DNA of 34,782 nt from a virus (Duplodnaviria; Caudoviricetes): the IMG/VR virus record IMGVR_UViG_3300012953_000094, positions 1-34,782 of that record; one strand, given 5' to 3'. Position 1 is the stretch's first letter. Each line of letters starts with the position of its first letter. The notes beneath the pieces were generated by a model. It worked only from the letters and a program-made list of their open reading frames with translations, had not been told where the DNA came from and searched no databases. Shown here one piece after another: positions 1 to 7,639 of the stretch. Made by a program: the position numbers and the translations under genes.

Positions 1-538
1 AAGCATCAATTAATTTACACCTATAAATTACTAAATCATTTATTTGATCTTGAATACCAAAAAAGCTTTGGACAATATCAAGATCAGATAACTTTGGTAA
101 TAAAGAACTAGAACTTTTAGATATACTAGATGTAAATCTATTTGGTAATTTAGTAACCTTTTTAAATTGTTCTATTTCTACTTGCCTAGCATAACCACCG
201 TAACCCCTTTGATAACCTACCTCTTGAGATTGTTGATTAACAGCAAGGTTTTGCCAAGATTCAAAATATTCTTTAACACCATAATCATTTAATACATGGA
301 ATGTTAAATTTATATCTCCTACAGAAAATCCATATGGAACCTTTTCTGTTTTTATTCCTATACGTCTTTCAGTAGTAAGAACTTGTCTACCAGGTAATGT
401 AACATTTTTACAAAGAATATTTAATTCTTCAGCTGTTGATCCTGGCAATGACGGAAATTTTATTCTGAATAAATTAGGACGTGCTACACCATCCTTAGCA
501 CTTACTAAACTTTTGAATTGATCTATTGATTGAACCAT
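1..538 (-). CDS. gp54: Baseplate-tail tube initiator / tail-tube-fold protein (T4 gp54/gp19-like), 3'-truncated by the window edge
   Basis: Not in the ORF track; translated by hand. The ATG at 538-536 overlaps the gp2 stop (TAATG). It reads MVQSIDQFKSLVSAKDGVARPNLFRIKFP...LNILCKNVTLPGRQV...KVPYGFSVGDINLTF...YFESWQN...YRCKLIDA. The ARPNxF, C.x.x.LPG and F..W motifs are typical of the gp19/gp54 fold, and the frame stays open to base 1. Confidence 0.8.
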   Translation of the reverse strand, partial: MVQSIDQFKSLVSAKDGVARPNLFRIKFPSLPGSTAEELNILCKNVTLPGRQVLTTERRIGIKTEKVPYGFSVGDINLTFHVLNDYGVKEYFESWQNLAVNQQSQEVGYQRGYGGYARQVEIEQFKKVTKLPNRFTSSISKSSSSLLPKLSDLDIVQSFFGIQDQINDLVIYRCKLIDA

Positions 539-1122
539 TAAATCATCCTTCGAGATAATGAATATACTTGATTAGCACTAGCTTTTTGCCATTGTGCTGT
601 TGGTAGAAATGTAGCTATTTCCCATTCTGGCGCTGGCACAGTAGAAAATCTACTCTTAACATTTGTACTTAAATAGTGTTTTACACAAGGTTTAAAGTAT
701 TTTAATTTGGCAGATCTTTGTAACATATTATACCTAATATTAAATTTTGTATCATCGTCATATGTTTTACTATCTGCCAAATCTATTAAACCATCCAAGA
801 ACCTAGCTCTAAGTGTTGGTGGAAGATAATGTAAATTTAATCCCATAAAACCACCTTCTGCAGGACCCATTATAATAGAAAGAGGAAAAGTATCATAATA
901 GGGTAATGTTTTTTTATGCTTAGGATCATAGAAAAACATTTGCATAGAACCAATAATATGTTTTGGACCTTTTATTAATTCTTCGTCCTTTAATATAGCT
1001 TGTCTATTTAAACGTCTAAGCCTTGATGCCTTTTGTCGAAACCAATCTCTAGACTCCTTTGTCCTAGGATTAATTCCTGCTTTAAAAGCTTGTAATTCTA
1101 AATTTCTAAATAGATTTGCCAT
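538..1122 (-). CDS. gp2: DNA end protector protein (T4 gp2-like)
   Basis: Motifs SRDWF, FFYDPKHKKTLPYYDTFPL, GLNLHYLPP.LR, FKPCVKHYL and WEIATFLP; located next to gp4. Confidence 0.93.
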   Translation of the reverse strand: MANLFRNLELQAFKAGINPRTKESRDWFRQKASRLRRLNRQAILKDEELIKGPKHIIGSMQMFFYDPKHKKTLPYYDTFPLSIIMGPAEGGFMGLNLHYLPPTLRARFLDGLIDLADSKTYDDDTKFNIRYNMLQRSAKLKYFKPCVKHYLSTNVKSRFSTVPAPEWEIATFLPTAQWQKASANQVYSLSRRMI

Positions 1123-1127
1123 GTCTT

Positions 1128-1135
1128 TATTTATC
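1128..1135 (-). promoter_or_regulatory. Possible T4-type late promoter (GATAAATA) just upstream of gp2
   Basis: The minus strand reads GATAAATA, a 7/8 match to TATAAATA, overlapping the gp4 stop and ending 5 nt before the gp2 ATG. Confidence 0.35.
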
Positions 1136-1640
1136 TGGTTTTTTTAGATTTAAATGGCTTTAATCTTTTTAACTTAGGTAGAGGTCTCAATTCATTCTTA
1201 GGATTAGGTAATAAACCCATTGCTTTTAATTGTTTTTCGGTCCATATTTCAAAACCCCAACCTCTATCCGCTGCATAATTTTGTGCTGCTGCCCATTTAT
1301 TCATATTTTTAACATAAGTTAAACCTTCTGTAATATACTTTTTGGTTTTTCTACCATTAAAGTCTGGAGGAGAGGTTTCTTTCTCAGGTTTAATTTCAAC
1401 TAATATAGTTTTATTATTTTTATATGTTATTTTAAGATCCATAAAATAACGATGATACTTTTTATCTACCTCATAAAAATATGGAATAACAACCTCTTCC
1501 GAATTCCAAGCCTTTACTTGAGAAGATGTATCACACCAATTAAATACTTTAGCTTCCCAAAGAGACCTAAACACAACTCCATCAGCATCACCTTTATACT
1601 TAGATCTGTTTTTGACTTTATATCGACCAGAATATGCCAT
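1131..1640 (-). CDS. gp4: Head completion protein (T4 gp4-like, TnsA-type PD-(D/E)xK nuclease fold)
   Basis: MAYSGRYKVKNRSKYKGD, FRSLWE, WNSEEVVIPY, HRYFMD, LVEIKP, KW.AA and F.IWTE. The true start is probably the ATG at 1640 (MAYSG), not 1700. Confidence 0.92.
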   Translation of the reverse strand: MAYSGRYKVKNRSKYKGDADGVVFRSLWEAKVFNWCDTSSQVKAWNSEEVVIPYFYEVDKKYHRYFMDLKITYKNNKTILVEIKPEKETSPPDFNGRKTKKYITEGLTYVKNMNKWAAAQNYAADRGWGFEIWTEKQLKAMGLLPNPKNELRPLPKLKRLKPFKSKKTR

Positions 1641-1648
1641 AACTACCT

Positions 1649-1656
1649 TATAAATA
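1649..1656 (+). promoter_or_regulatory. T4-type (gp55) late promoter TATAAATA for the baseplate operon
   Basis: Perfect TATAAATA in the 51-nt divergent intergenic gap, 35 nt upstream of the gp48 ATG (1692), with an AAGGA Shine-Dalgarno-like sequence at 1681-1685. Confidence 0.8.
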
Positions 1657-1671
1657 CTTTCAACTCTTTTG

Positions 1672-1679
1672 TATTTATT
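1672..1679 (-). promoter_or_regulatory. Probable late promoter (AATAAATA) for gp4-gp2-gp54
   Basis: The minus strand reads AATAAATA about 31 nt upstream of the gp4 ATG (1640), and a minus-strand AAGGT precedes that ATG. Confidence 0.5.
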
Positions 1680-1691
1680 AAAGGATTTAAT

Positions 1692-2786
1692 ATGAGCCAA
1701 GTAGAATCATACTCTCAAAAAATAGCTAGATGGAGAAATGCTGAAGCTTCAAGTATGTCCGCGTTAAAGAATGCGATGCCTCGAGTATATGATCGTCTTC
1801 ATAATGCAGATACGCCTGGAGGTCAATTAAAATATCCATTAGAAAATGAAAATGATTATGGTGGGTATATTACATTTACAGCAAAGCAAGAAGCTCCGAA
1901 GCCTTTAGGTAAATGGGTAGCTAGGTTACTTACAGATGATCAAGAGACTTTAAAAAAGTTTAATGAATCACAAGGTTCTGGATCACTAAACGCAGCTGAA
2001 AATTCTTCGAAGGTTGAACCAGAAGCAACTGCATCCGCGAAACGGGATGACAGGCCACCATTACCGGATTATATAGGTTCAGGTAGAACATGTAAATTAT
2101 ATTTACCACAAGCTATTCAATTTCAAGATACAGTATCTTATACAAATATTGAATTGGGCATATTAGGAAATGTTGCAGAGAATGCTATTAGAAATAATCA
2201 AACAGGATCAGAGTTATTACGATCTGCTTGGACTAATATAAAAGAATCTTTTGAATCATTAGGAGAGGTATTTTCAAAAGGATTTCAATCAGAAGCGGCG
2301 CAGATAGCTGCACTAAGATTGTCAAGGAGAATGAATTCAGGTGTAGCAGGTGCGGTTAGTACACAAACGGGTATTGCATTGAATCCAAACCGTAGATCCG
2401 TATTGCAAGGACCTAATTTAAGAAATTTTAGGTTTGCATTTAAAATGATTCCTACTTCTCCAGAAGAAGCTAGAGCTATAAAAAGCATTGTTCAATTCTT
2501 TAGAGAAGAATTGTATCCTGAACAGACTAATGATTTAGGTGTATCAGCGGCATTAAAATATCCAAGTCAATTTCATATGAAGATGAGATATAGAACTAAC
2601 GACGGTAAATTAAAAAATGTAGCATCGGGTATTTTACCTTGTCATTTAACAGGAGTAGATGTTGTTTATAATCCAACCGGTATGGCATTTCATACTGACG
2701 GTGAAGTTCAAGAAACAGATTTAAATCTTCAATTTACAGAAATAAGAACTCTCACAAAAAGAGATGTTGCCCTAGGAGGGTATTAA
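1692..2786 (+). CDS. gp48: Baseplate tail-tube cap (T4 gp48-like)
   Basis: LKYPL, LYLP..IQF.D.V.Y, NP....L.GP.LR.F.F.FKM.P.S.EEA..I..IV.FFR, YP..F, C.LT.V.V.YNP and L.L.F.E...LT motifs. The start was moved from 1452 to the ATG at 1692 on the basis of the RBS and promoter, which also avoids the gp4 overlap. Confidence 0.85.
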   Translation: MSQVESYSQKIARWRNAEASSMSALKNAMPRVYDRLHNADTPGGQLKYPLENENDYGGYITFTAKQEAPKPLGKWVARLLTDDQETLKKFNESQGSGSLNAAENSSKVEPEATASAKRDDRPPLPDYIGSGRTCKLYLPQAIQFQDTVSYTNIELGILGNVAENAIRNNQTGSELLRSAWTNIKESFESLGEVFSKGFQSEAAQIAALRLSRRMNSGVAGAVSTQTGIALNPNRRSVLQGPNLRNFRFAFKMIPTSPEEARAIKSIVQFFREELYPEQTNDLGVSAALKYPSQFHMKMRYRTNDGKLKNVASGILPCHLTGVDVVYNPTGMAFHTDGEVQETDLNLQFTEIRTLTKRDVALGGY

Positions 2787-2787
2787 T

Positions 2788-3819
2788 ATGTCTTTCTTTA
2801 GAAATTTTCCTTTTATTGGTTATAGTTTTGGTGATAAATTAGACGTTGCAGCCTTTCAAAATTTAGCTGTGTATACTGATGTTGTAGATCAATATAAAGA
2901 TGATTTAGCCTTTTATGAATTATATCATATTCAAGATAACGAAAGACCTGATAATTTATCTTATCGACTATATGGAACAACAGAATTTTATTGGACATTT
3001 TATTTACTAAATGATAAATTAAGACAACAAGGTTGGCCGATAACCGAAGCTGAGGTTCATACATTATCTAAGAAATTTTATCCTAATAAGGTTTTAAAAA
3101 CTAATAGAAGCATGCATTCTAAATTTTATGTTGGGGATATATGTGCCAGAACACCATTTTCTGCTCCTCCATTTAAAGCTAGAATATTATCAAAAGATTT
3201 TGATACAGGTCAAATTGTTGTTAAACCTTTATCAGAGGTTCGTTCTATAGCTGTAAATAATGGAGGTTCAGGATATACAAGTATTCCTACTATTTCATTT
3301 AAAGGAGGTTCTGGTAATGGTGCTAAAGCTGCTGCTGTTGTTACCAGTGGTTCTGTTACGTCAATTACGATTACTAATGGCGGAGATAATTATACAGCTG
3401 TTCCTACAATAACTATTAGCAGTCCAGATAATGCTAATGGTGTAACCGCTACAGCTACAGCTACTTTATCTTCTAATAGTTTACCTAGTGATACAGATTT
3501 ATATTCTGTTAGGAATATAGAAGACACAACACAATGGGATCCAACAGCTGCTCAAATAATGCGAATTGATGCTAATACAAATCAGGATCAAGCAATACAT
3601 CATTATGAGAATGCTTCCGGTGATGCAGTAGACCTGACTATTTTAACAGACGTTGGTTATGGTGTAGATAATTCAGCATCAGGTATTGCAGGCAAAACTG
3701 CTATTAGAAACATAGATAGATTAAGGACTCAAAACGATAATTTAAGAATTATAAAAATATTTACAGCTGATGTGGCTGGACAAATAAATTCCGAATATCA
3801 AAGACTTTTGAGACAATAA
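2788..3819 (+). CDS. gp53: Baseplate wedge protein (T4 gp53-like, LysM-like N-terminus) with inserted beta-repeat module
   Basis: MSFFRNFP.I.Y, Y.IQDNERPDNLSY.LYG...FYW..LLN, GWP, IHHYE and N...R.IKI motifs; follows gp48. Confidence 0.88.
   Translation: MSFFRNFPFIGYSFGDKLDVAAFQNLAVYTDVVDQYKDDLAFYELYHIQDNERPDNLSYRLYGTTEFYWTFYLLNDKLRQQGWPITEAEVHTLSKKFYPNKVLKTNRSMHSKFYVGDICARTPFSAPPFKARILSKDFDTGQIVVKPLSEVRSIAVNNGGSGYTSIPTISFKGGSGNGAKAAAVVTSGSVTSITITNGGDNYTAVPTITISSPDNANGVTATATATLSSNSLPSDTDLYSVRNIEDTTQWDPTAAQIMRIDANTNQDQAIHHYENASGDAVDLTILTDVGYGVDNSASGIAGKTAIRNIDRLRTQNDNLRIIKIFTADVAGQINSEYQRLLRQ
3238..3470 (+). repeat. Two tandem protein repeats (V.SI.[VI].NGG..YT..PTI) inside gp53
   Basis: VRSIAVNNGGSGYTSIPTISF...AKAAAVV and VTSITITNGGDNYTAVPTITI...ATATATL. 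This repeat type is common in structural proteins of marine T4-like phages. Boundaries are approximate. Confidence 0.75.
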
Positions 3820-3822
3820 CCA

Positions 3823-5196
3823 ATGCAAATTCAGTCAGCTGAACAAATAGACATTATAAGGGTCACCCTTTTTTCTGAGCGATTTAGAGAAGGAACCGTT
3901 TTACATTTTGCCGGTATGGAGGTAGATGCTCCTACTGCATTAGAGATAAATGTGTTTGAAAGTATTGCTTTACCCTATTTAACGGGTTCTTTAGTATTAC
4001 AAGATGATAATGACGTATATAGATTAGCTAGGTTAAATGGAACCGAGAGACTTCATGTAGTATTTAAAAACCCATCAGAGAATTCTGCGGGTATGATTGA
4101 AAAGACTTTTATGTTAACAAGTCTTAAACAATCAGCTAAAGGAACAGATACTTCAACAACGTTATACATACAGCTTTTAGAAAACCATGCGTTTTTTAGC
4201 TCTCTACGGCCGTTTAACAGGTCATATACAGGCACAGGTCCTGCTATCATAGAAAAGATACTGAAGGATCATCTTAATGTAGGACTATATAAAGACTATT
4301 GGAAAGAACCTTATGGAACCTCATTTAGATATATTGTTCCATGGAAAGAACCTTTTGGTGCCACAAAAGATATAAGCACTAGTCTAGTTACAGATAATGG
4401 TTTGCCTTATTTTTTGTTTAGTTCATTAACACAAGAAGAAAGAATATTAACAGATTTAGAAAGTATTTTATCTCGAGATGCATTTAATAAAGGACATCCT
4501 TTTATATTTTCTAGAGGTGCAACACCATTAGCAGGTAAAAATGGAACTATAACTCCCGAAGAAAAAGCTTTAATCATAGCAGATTATAGATCTAAAGATT
4601 TAGAAGAAACACTTTCAATGGCACAATCAGGTGCTATAGGATCACAATATTCTCATATAAATGTTAATTCAGGTGTTCTTTTTGAACAAAGAATTGATAT
4701 GGAAGCGGAGTTTAAAAATTTAGTAGCTAGAGAAATATTGCCTAGAGGTATGCAAATACCAGTTGATGTTGAATTTAGAGAAGCACCTGACGGCCCTGAA
4801 AATATATCATTGGCGGATTATAATAGTCGAAGATATTTTACATTCTCAGAAAATCCTTTTATAGATACACAATCTTTATATAATGATGTTGTTGCATTAA
4901 GATTATCTATTATAAAAAATAATTTTATAAAATATTTGTTTAGAAATATTCATGAAATATATGTTCCTGGGTTACTATTCTCAGCAAAAAATATTGCAAC
5001 CTCTGTTGGACATCAAATAGAAATACAATTACTACAAAGTAATCCTGGAGAAGCAGAATCTGTTTCTTCGGATGATGAAAAAAGATCAGGTACTTATGTT
5101 ATGTTAGCTAAACGACACATATTTAATTTAGTAGATAATAGACATAACGTTGCTATATCAGTAGGAAGATTAGCAGAAAGGAGTGTCCAAGCATGA
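3823..5196 (+). CDS. Putative baseplate hub protein (gp27/VgrG N-terminal-like)
   Basis: Position between gp53 and gp5. EINVFESI..PYLTGSL.L.D, LNGTER and C-terminal DEKRSGTYV.L..RH.F resemble hub-type proteins of T4-like phages. Confidence 0.6.
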   Translation: MQIQSAEQIDIIRVTLFSERFREGTVLHFAGMEVDAPTALEINVFESIALPYLTGSLVLQDDNDVYRLARLNGTERLHVVFKNPSENSAGMIEKTFMLTSLKQSAKGTDTSTTLYIQLLENHAFFSSLRPFNRSYTGTGPAIIEKILKDHLNVGLYKDYWKEPYGTSFRYIVPWKEPFGATKDISTSLVTDNGLPYFLFSSLTQEERILTDLESILSRDAFNKGHPFIFSRGATPLAGKNGTITPEEKALIIADYRSKDLEETLSMAQSGAIGSQYSHINVNSGVLFEQRIDMEAEFKNLVAREILPRGMQIPVDVEFREAPDGPENISLADYNSRRYFTFSENPFIDTQSLYNDVVALRLSIIKNNFIKYLFRNIHEIYVPGLLFSAKNIATSVGHQIEIQLLQSNPGEAESVSSDDEKRSGTYVMLAKRHIFNLVDNRHNVAISVGRLAERSVQA

Positions 5197-6149
5197 AAAA
5201 TTATTATGGTGATCGTAATAGATGGTTTTTAGCTAGAGTAGTTAAAGGTGTTGCCGCGGCCGCTAATGCTGATAATAGCGGAAATTTATTTGATAAATGC
5301 CAAATTAGAATTATAGGATTACATTCTAAGGATATTAAAGATGAGGATTTGCCTTATGCTAAATGTATGATACCCACAACTGAAGGTGGTGTATCAGGTA
5401 TTGGAAAGATACCTCAAATATTAGAAGGAGCATTTGTATTTGGTATTTTTTTAGATGGTAAAGGATCACAAAATCCTTTAGTATTAGGTAGCTTAGGTCA
5501 TGAAGGAGTACCATCTAGTGTTCAAAAAGAAGAGATAGCTAAAACTAATCCATCTCAAGATTTATCTAATGAATATGTAAATAAAGGAATTATCCTTGAC
5601 CCAGATCTAGAAACATTATATAATAATGGTAAGGCAGATACTAAAACTCGAATGATAATTATCATGCAATTTTTACAAAAGCAAGGATTAAGTCAAAGAG
5701 CTGCTGCTGGTATTACAGGTAATTTAGTCCAAGAATCTACATTAGATCCAGAAGCTAGGAACATATCTTCTATTGAACAATCTTATGGGTTAGCACAATG
5801 GAATGCTAAAGTAGGTCGATGGCAAATGTTAACTGCATTTGCTAGGAAAAGAAATAAACCATGGGAAGATTTTTTTACACAATTAGAATTTTTGGTTGAT
5901 GATATGAAAACTAATCCGGCACATAAGGTTTGGAATCATATGAGTGATGTACAAAGAACTACAGATTTCGATAGTGGTGAAATAGAATCTAATGCTACAT
6001 GGTATTTTTTAAGAAAATATGAAGTAGCAGCATACTCAATGGAAGAATTAAAAAGACGACAAAGCTACGCACAACAAGCATATGATGCTTACTATGAATC
6101 AATAAGGGTTACAGCTGCACACAAAGCAGAGACACAGGCAGTAGGATGA
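5193..6149 (+). CDS. gp5: gp5 N-terminal OB-fold fused to a phage tail lysozyme (Phage_lysozyme2-like) domain
   Basis: N-terminus WF..RV, C.IRIIGLH...I.DEDLPYA..M.P, GAFVFG.FLDG..SQ.P.VLGS indicates the gp5 OB domain. C-terminus AAAGITGNLVQES.LDP, SYGLAQW and TQLEFL indicates a lysozyme2-type muramidase with the catalytic Glu retained. Confidence 0.85.
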   Translation: MKNYYGDRNRWFLARVVKGVAAAANADNSGNLFDKCQIRIIGLHSKDIKDEDLPYAKCMIPTTEGGVSGIGKIPQILEGAFVFGIFLDGKGSQNPLVLGSLGHEGVPSSVQKEEIAKTNPSQDLSNEYVNKGIILDPDLETLYNNGKADTKTRMIIIMQFLQKQGLSQRAAAGITGNLVQESTLDPEARNISSIEQSYGLAQWNAKVGRWQMLTAFARKRNKPWEDFFTQLEFLVDDMKTNPAHKVWNHMSDVQRTTDFDSGEIESNATWYFLRKYEVAAYSMEELKRRQSYAQQAYDAYYESIRVTAAHKAETQAVG

Positions 6150-7639
6150 GCAATAGAGATAAATTAACGGGCCAGATGAATTCTCTCAAAAATACATTAA
6201 ATGATTTTGCAAGAGAATCCGGTATTGAACAAATTGTAAAGAACTTTGAAGCTTCTGTAAACCATAAACATAAAACTACAGGTTCAATTGAAGGAGGTTT
6301 TAAAACCATAGTTAGCACTGTAACAGATGTTGTAAATGGTGTAAAAGAATCTAAACCGCCCGAAAATAATGATCTAAGTGTATTACAATTAGATAGAACA
6401 GCCAATAATAAAACAGTAAAGGTAGCATCTAGTGGTACTAAATCTGATATGCAATCAATTACTAATCAATTAGAATTAGTTGCAGATGGATTTTTAGATG
6501 TTATAATATCTTCCCCAACGCCAGAAGCTATAGCTACCGTTTTAAATACTCATGTTCCAGCTATAACTAAAGATGAAGTAAAGTCTACTACGAAAAGTAA
6601 TGTGGATCAATTTGCTCATGATGATGAGAATGTTGATAAAGTTATTAATAATGTTTACCAAATACAAAACTCTATGGATAAATTAGCAGAAACAACAGTC
6701 GCAAATATTAGTAATACAAGTTTAAATTTACAGAAAAAAACTTCAATGGGATTTGATACAACAATAGAAGATCTTATTGAAAAAACATTTAGAGCAGCTG
6801 AAGTAAAATTATCTCCTGCATTATATAAAAATGGTGTTGCTAATAATCTACCTGCAACGGAATTAAAAAAGATTATACAATATCAAAAAAATGGGAGATG
6901 GGAGAAAGCTGCGAGTATATTAAGTAAATATTCTGATAAGAATAGTGATGAATTAGCCAGTATTGTAAAGACAATTAATAATAAAGCAAGTGAAAATATT
7001 ACAGAAAAAAATACTACAATAACTAATTTACCTGTCGAAAGAACAGATATTTTAAAAAATTTATGGCGAGAAGAAAATACTCCTACTAATTCTACAGTAT
7101 TAAAACCTATTATTGGAACCGAGATAACATCAGAGGTTATTAATTTAGAAAGAGAAGTAACCGAAGTTATTATAATGTTCTTACCTAAGAAGAATGCTAC
7201 TGTTGAGGAATATCACAGTTTATACATTGAAGAATACAACCATGGAATTAATCAACACTTTTATATTGGATTTGATGCAGTAACGTATCGTGGAAGGCCT
7301 ATAGAAATAGAAGCTAAGAAAACAAAAACAATTACTAATAATCATTATAAAAATTCAATACTAATTGGTATTAATGTAGATGAGACAGCTATGGATCGAA
7401 AAGTTAAACCTGAACAAGCGGAAAAGCTTGTAGAATTATTAGATCAAATAATACAAGCAAAACCAGGAATACAAATTTTTAATGCAAGAGATGTTGGATG
7501 GTTATATAATGTAAATACAGAAGCATTAGATATTCCAGGATTAATAAAAAATAGATTAAATAAAATTAATGCTCCGGGATATGATCCACAATCCTCTGAT
7601 CCACTAGATCAAGAAACATTATCGACGTTGGGAGCTTAA
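6146..7639 (+). CDS. Helical N-terminal region plus C-terminal degenerate N-acetylmuramoyl-L-alanine amidase (Amidase_2/T7 lysozyme-like) domain
   Basis: The C-terminal REVTEVII.., GINQHFYIGFDAVTYRGRPIE, NSILIGI, EQ...L..LL..I....PG.QIFNARD and DIPG follow the amidase_2 pattern, but the Zn-ligand His positions are substituted. Confidence 0.6.
   Translation: MSNRDKLTGQMNSLKNTLNDFARESGIEQIVKNFEASVNHKHKTTGSIEGGFKTIVSTVTDVVNGVKESKPPENNDLSVLQLDRTANNKTVKVASSGTKSDMQSITNQLELVADGFLDVIISSPTPEAIATVLNTHVPAITKDEVKSTTKSNVDQFAHDDENVDKVINNVYQIQNSMDKLAETTVANISNTSLNLQKKTSMGFDTTIEDLIEKTFRAAEVKLSPALYKNGVANNLPATELKKIIQYQKNGRWEKAASILSKYSDKNSDELASIVKTINNKASENITEKNTTITNLPVERTDILKNLWREENTPTNSTVLKPIIGTEITSEVINLEREVTEVIIMFLPKKNATVEEYHSLYIEEYNHGINQHFYIGFDAVTYRGRPIEIEAKKTKTITNNHYKNSILIGINVDETAMDRKVKPEQAEKLVELLDQIIQAKPGIQIFNARDVGWLYNVNTEALDIPGLIKNRLNKINAPGYDPQSSDPLDQETLSTLGA

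Noticed and set aside
1131-1640. TnsA-like nuclease as evidence of a transposon or homing endonuclease
   Set aside because: This fold is the normal T4 gp4 head-completion protein in its usual context; no terminal repeats or other transposition genes were seen.
1452-1691. 80-aa N-terminal extension of the 444-aa plus-strand ORF
   Set aside because: It is antisense to gp4 and lies upstream of the late promoter and RBS; the real gp48 start is most likely 1692.
1641-1700. 20-aa N-terminal extension of gp4
   Set aside because: The family begins at MAYSG (1640); the extension spans the promoter gap and overlaps gp48.
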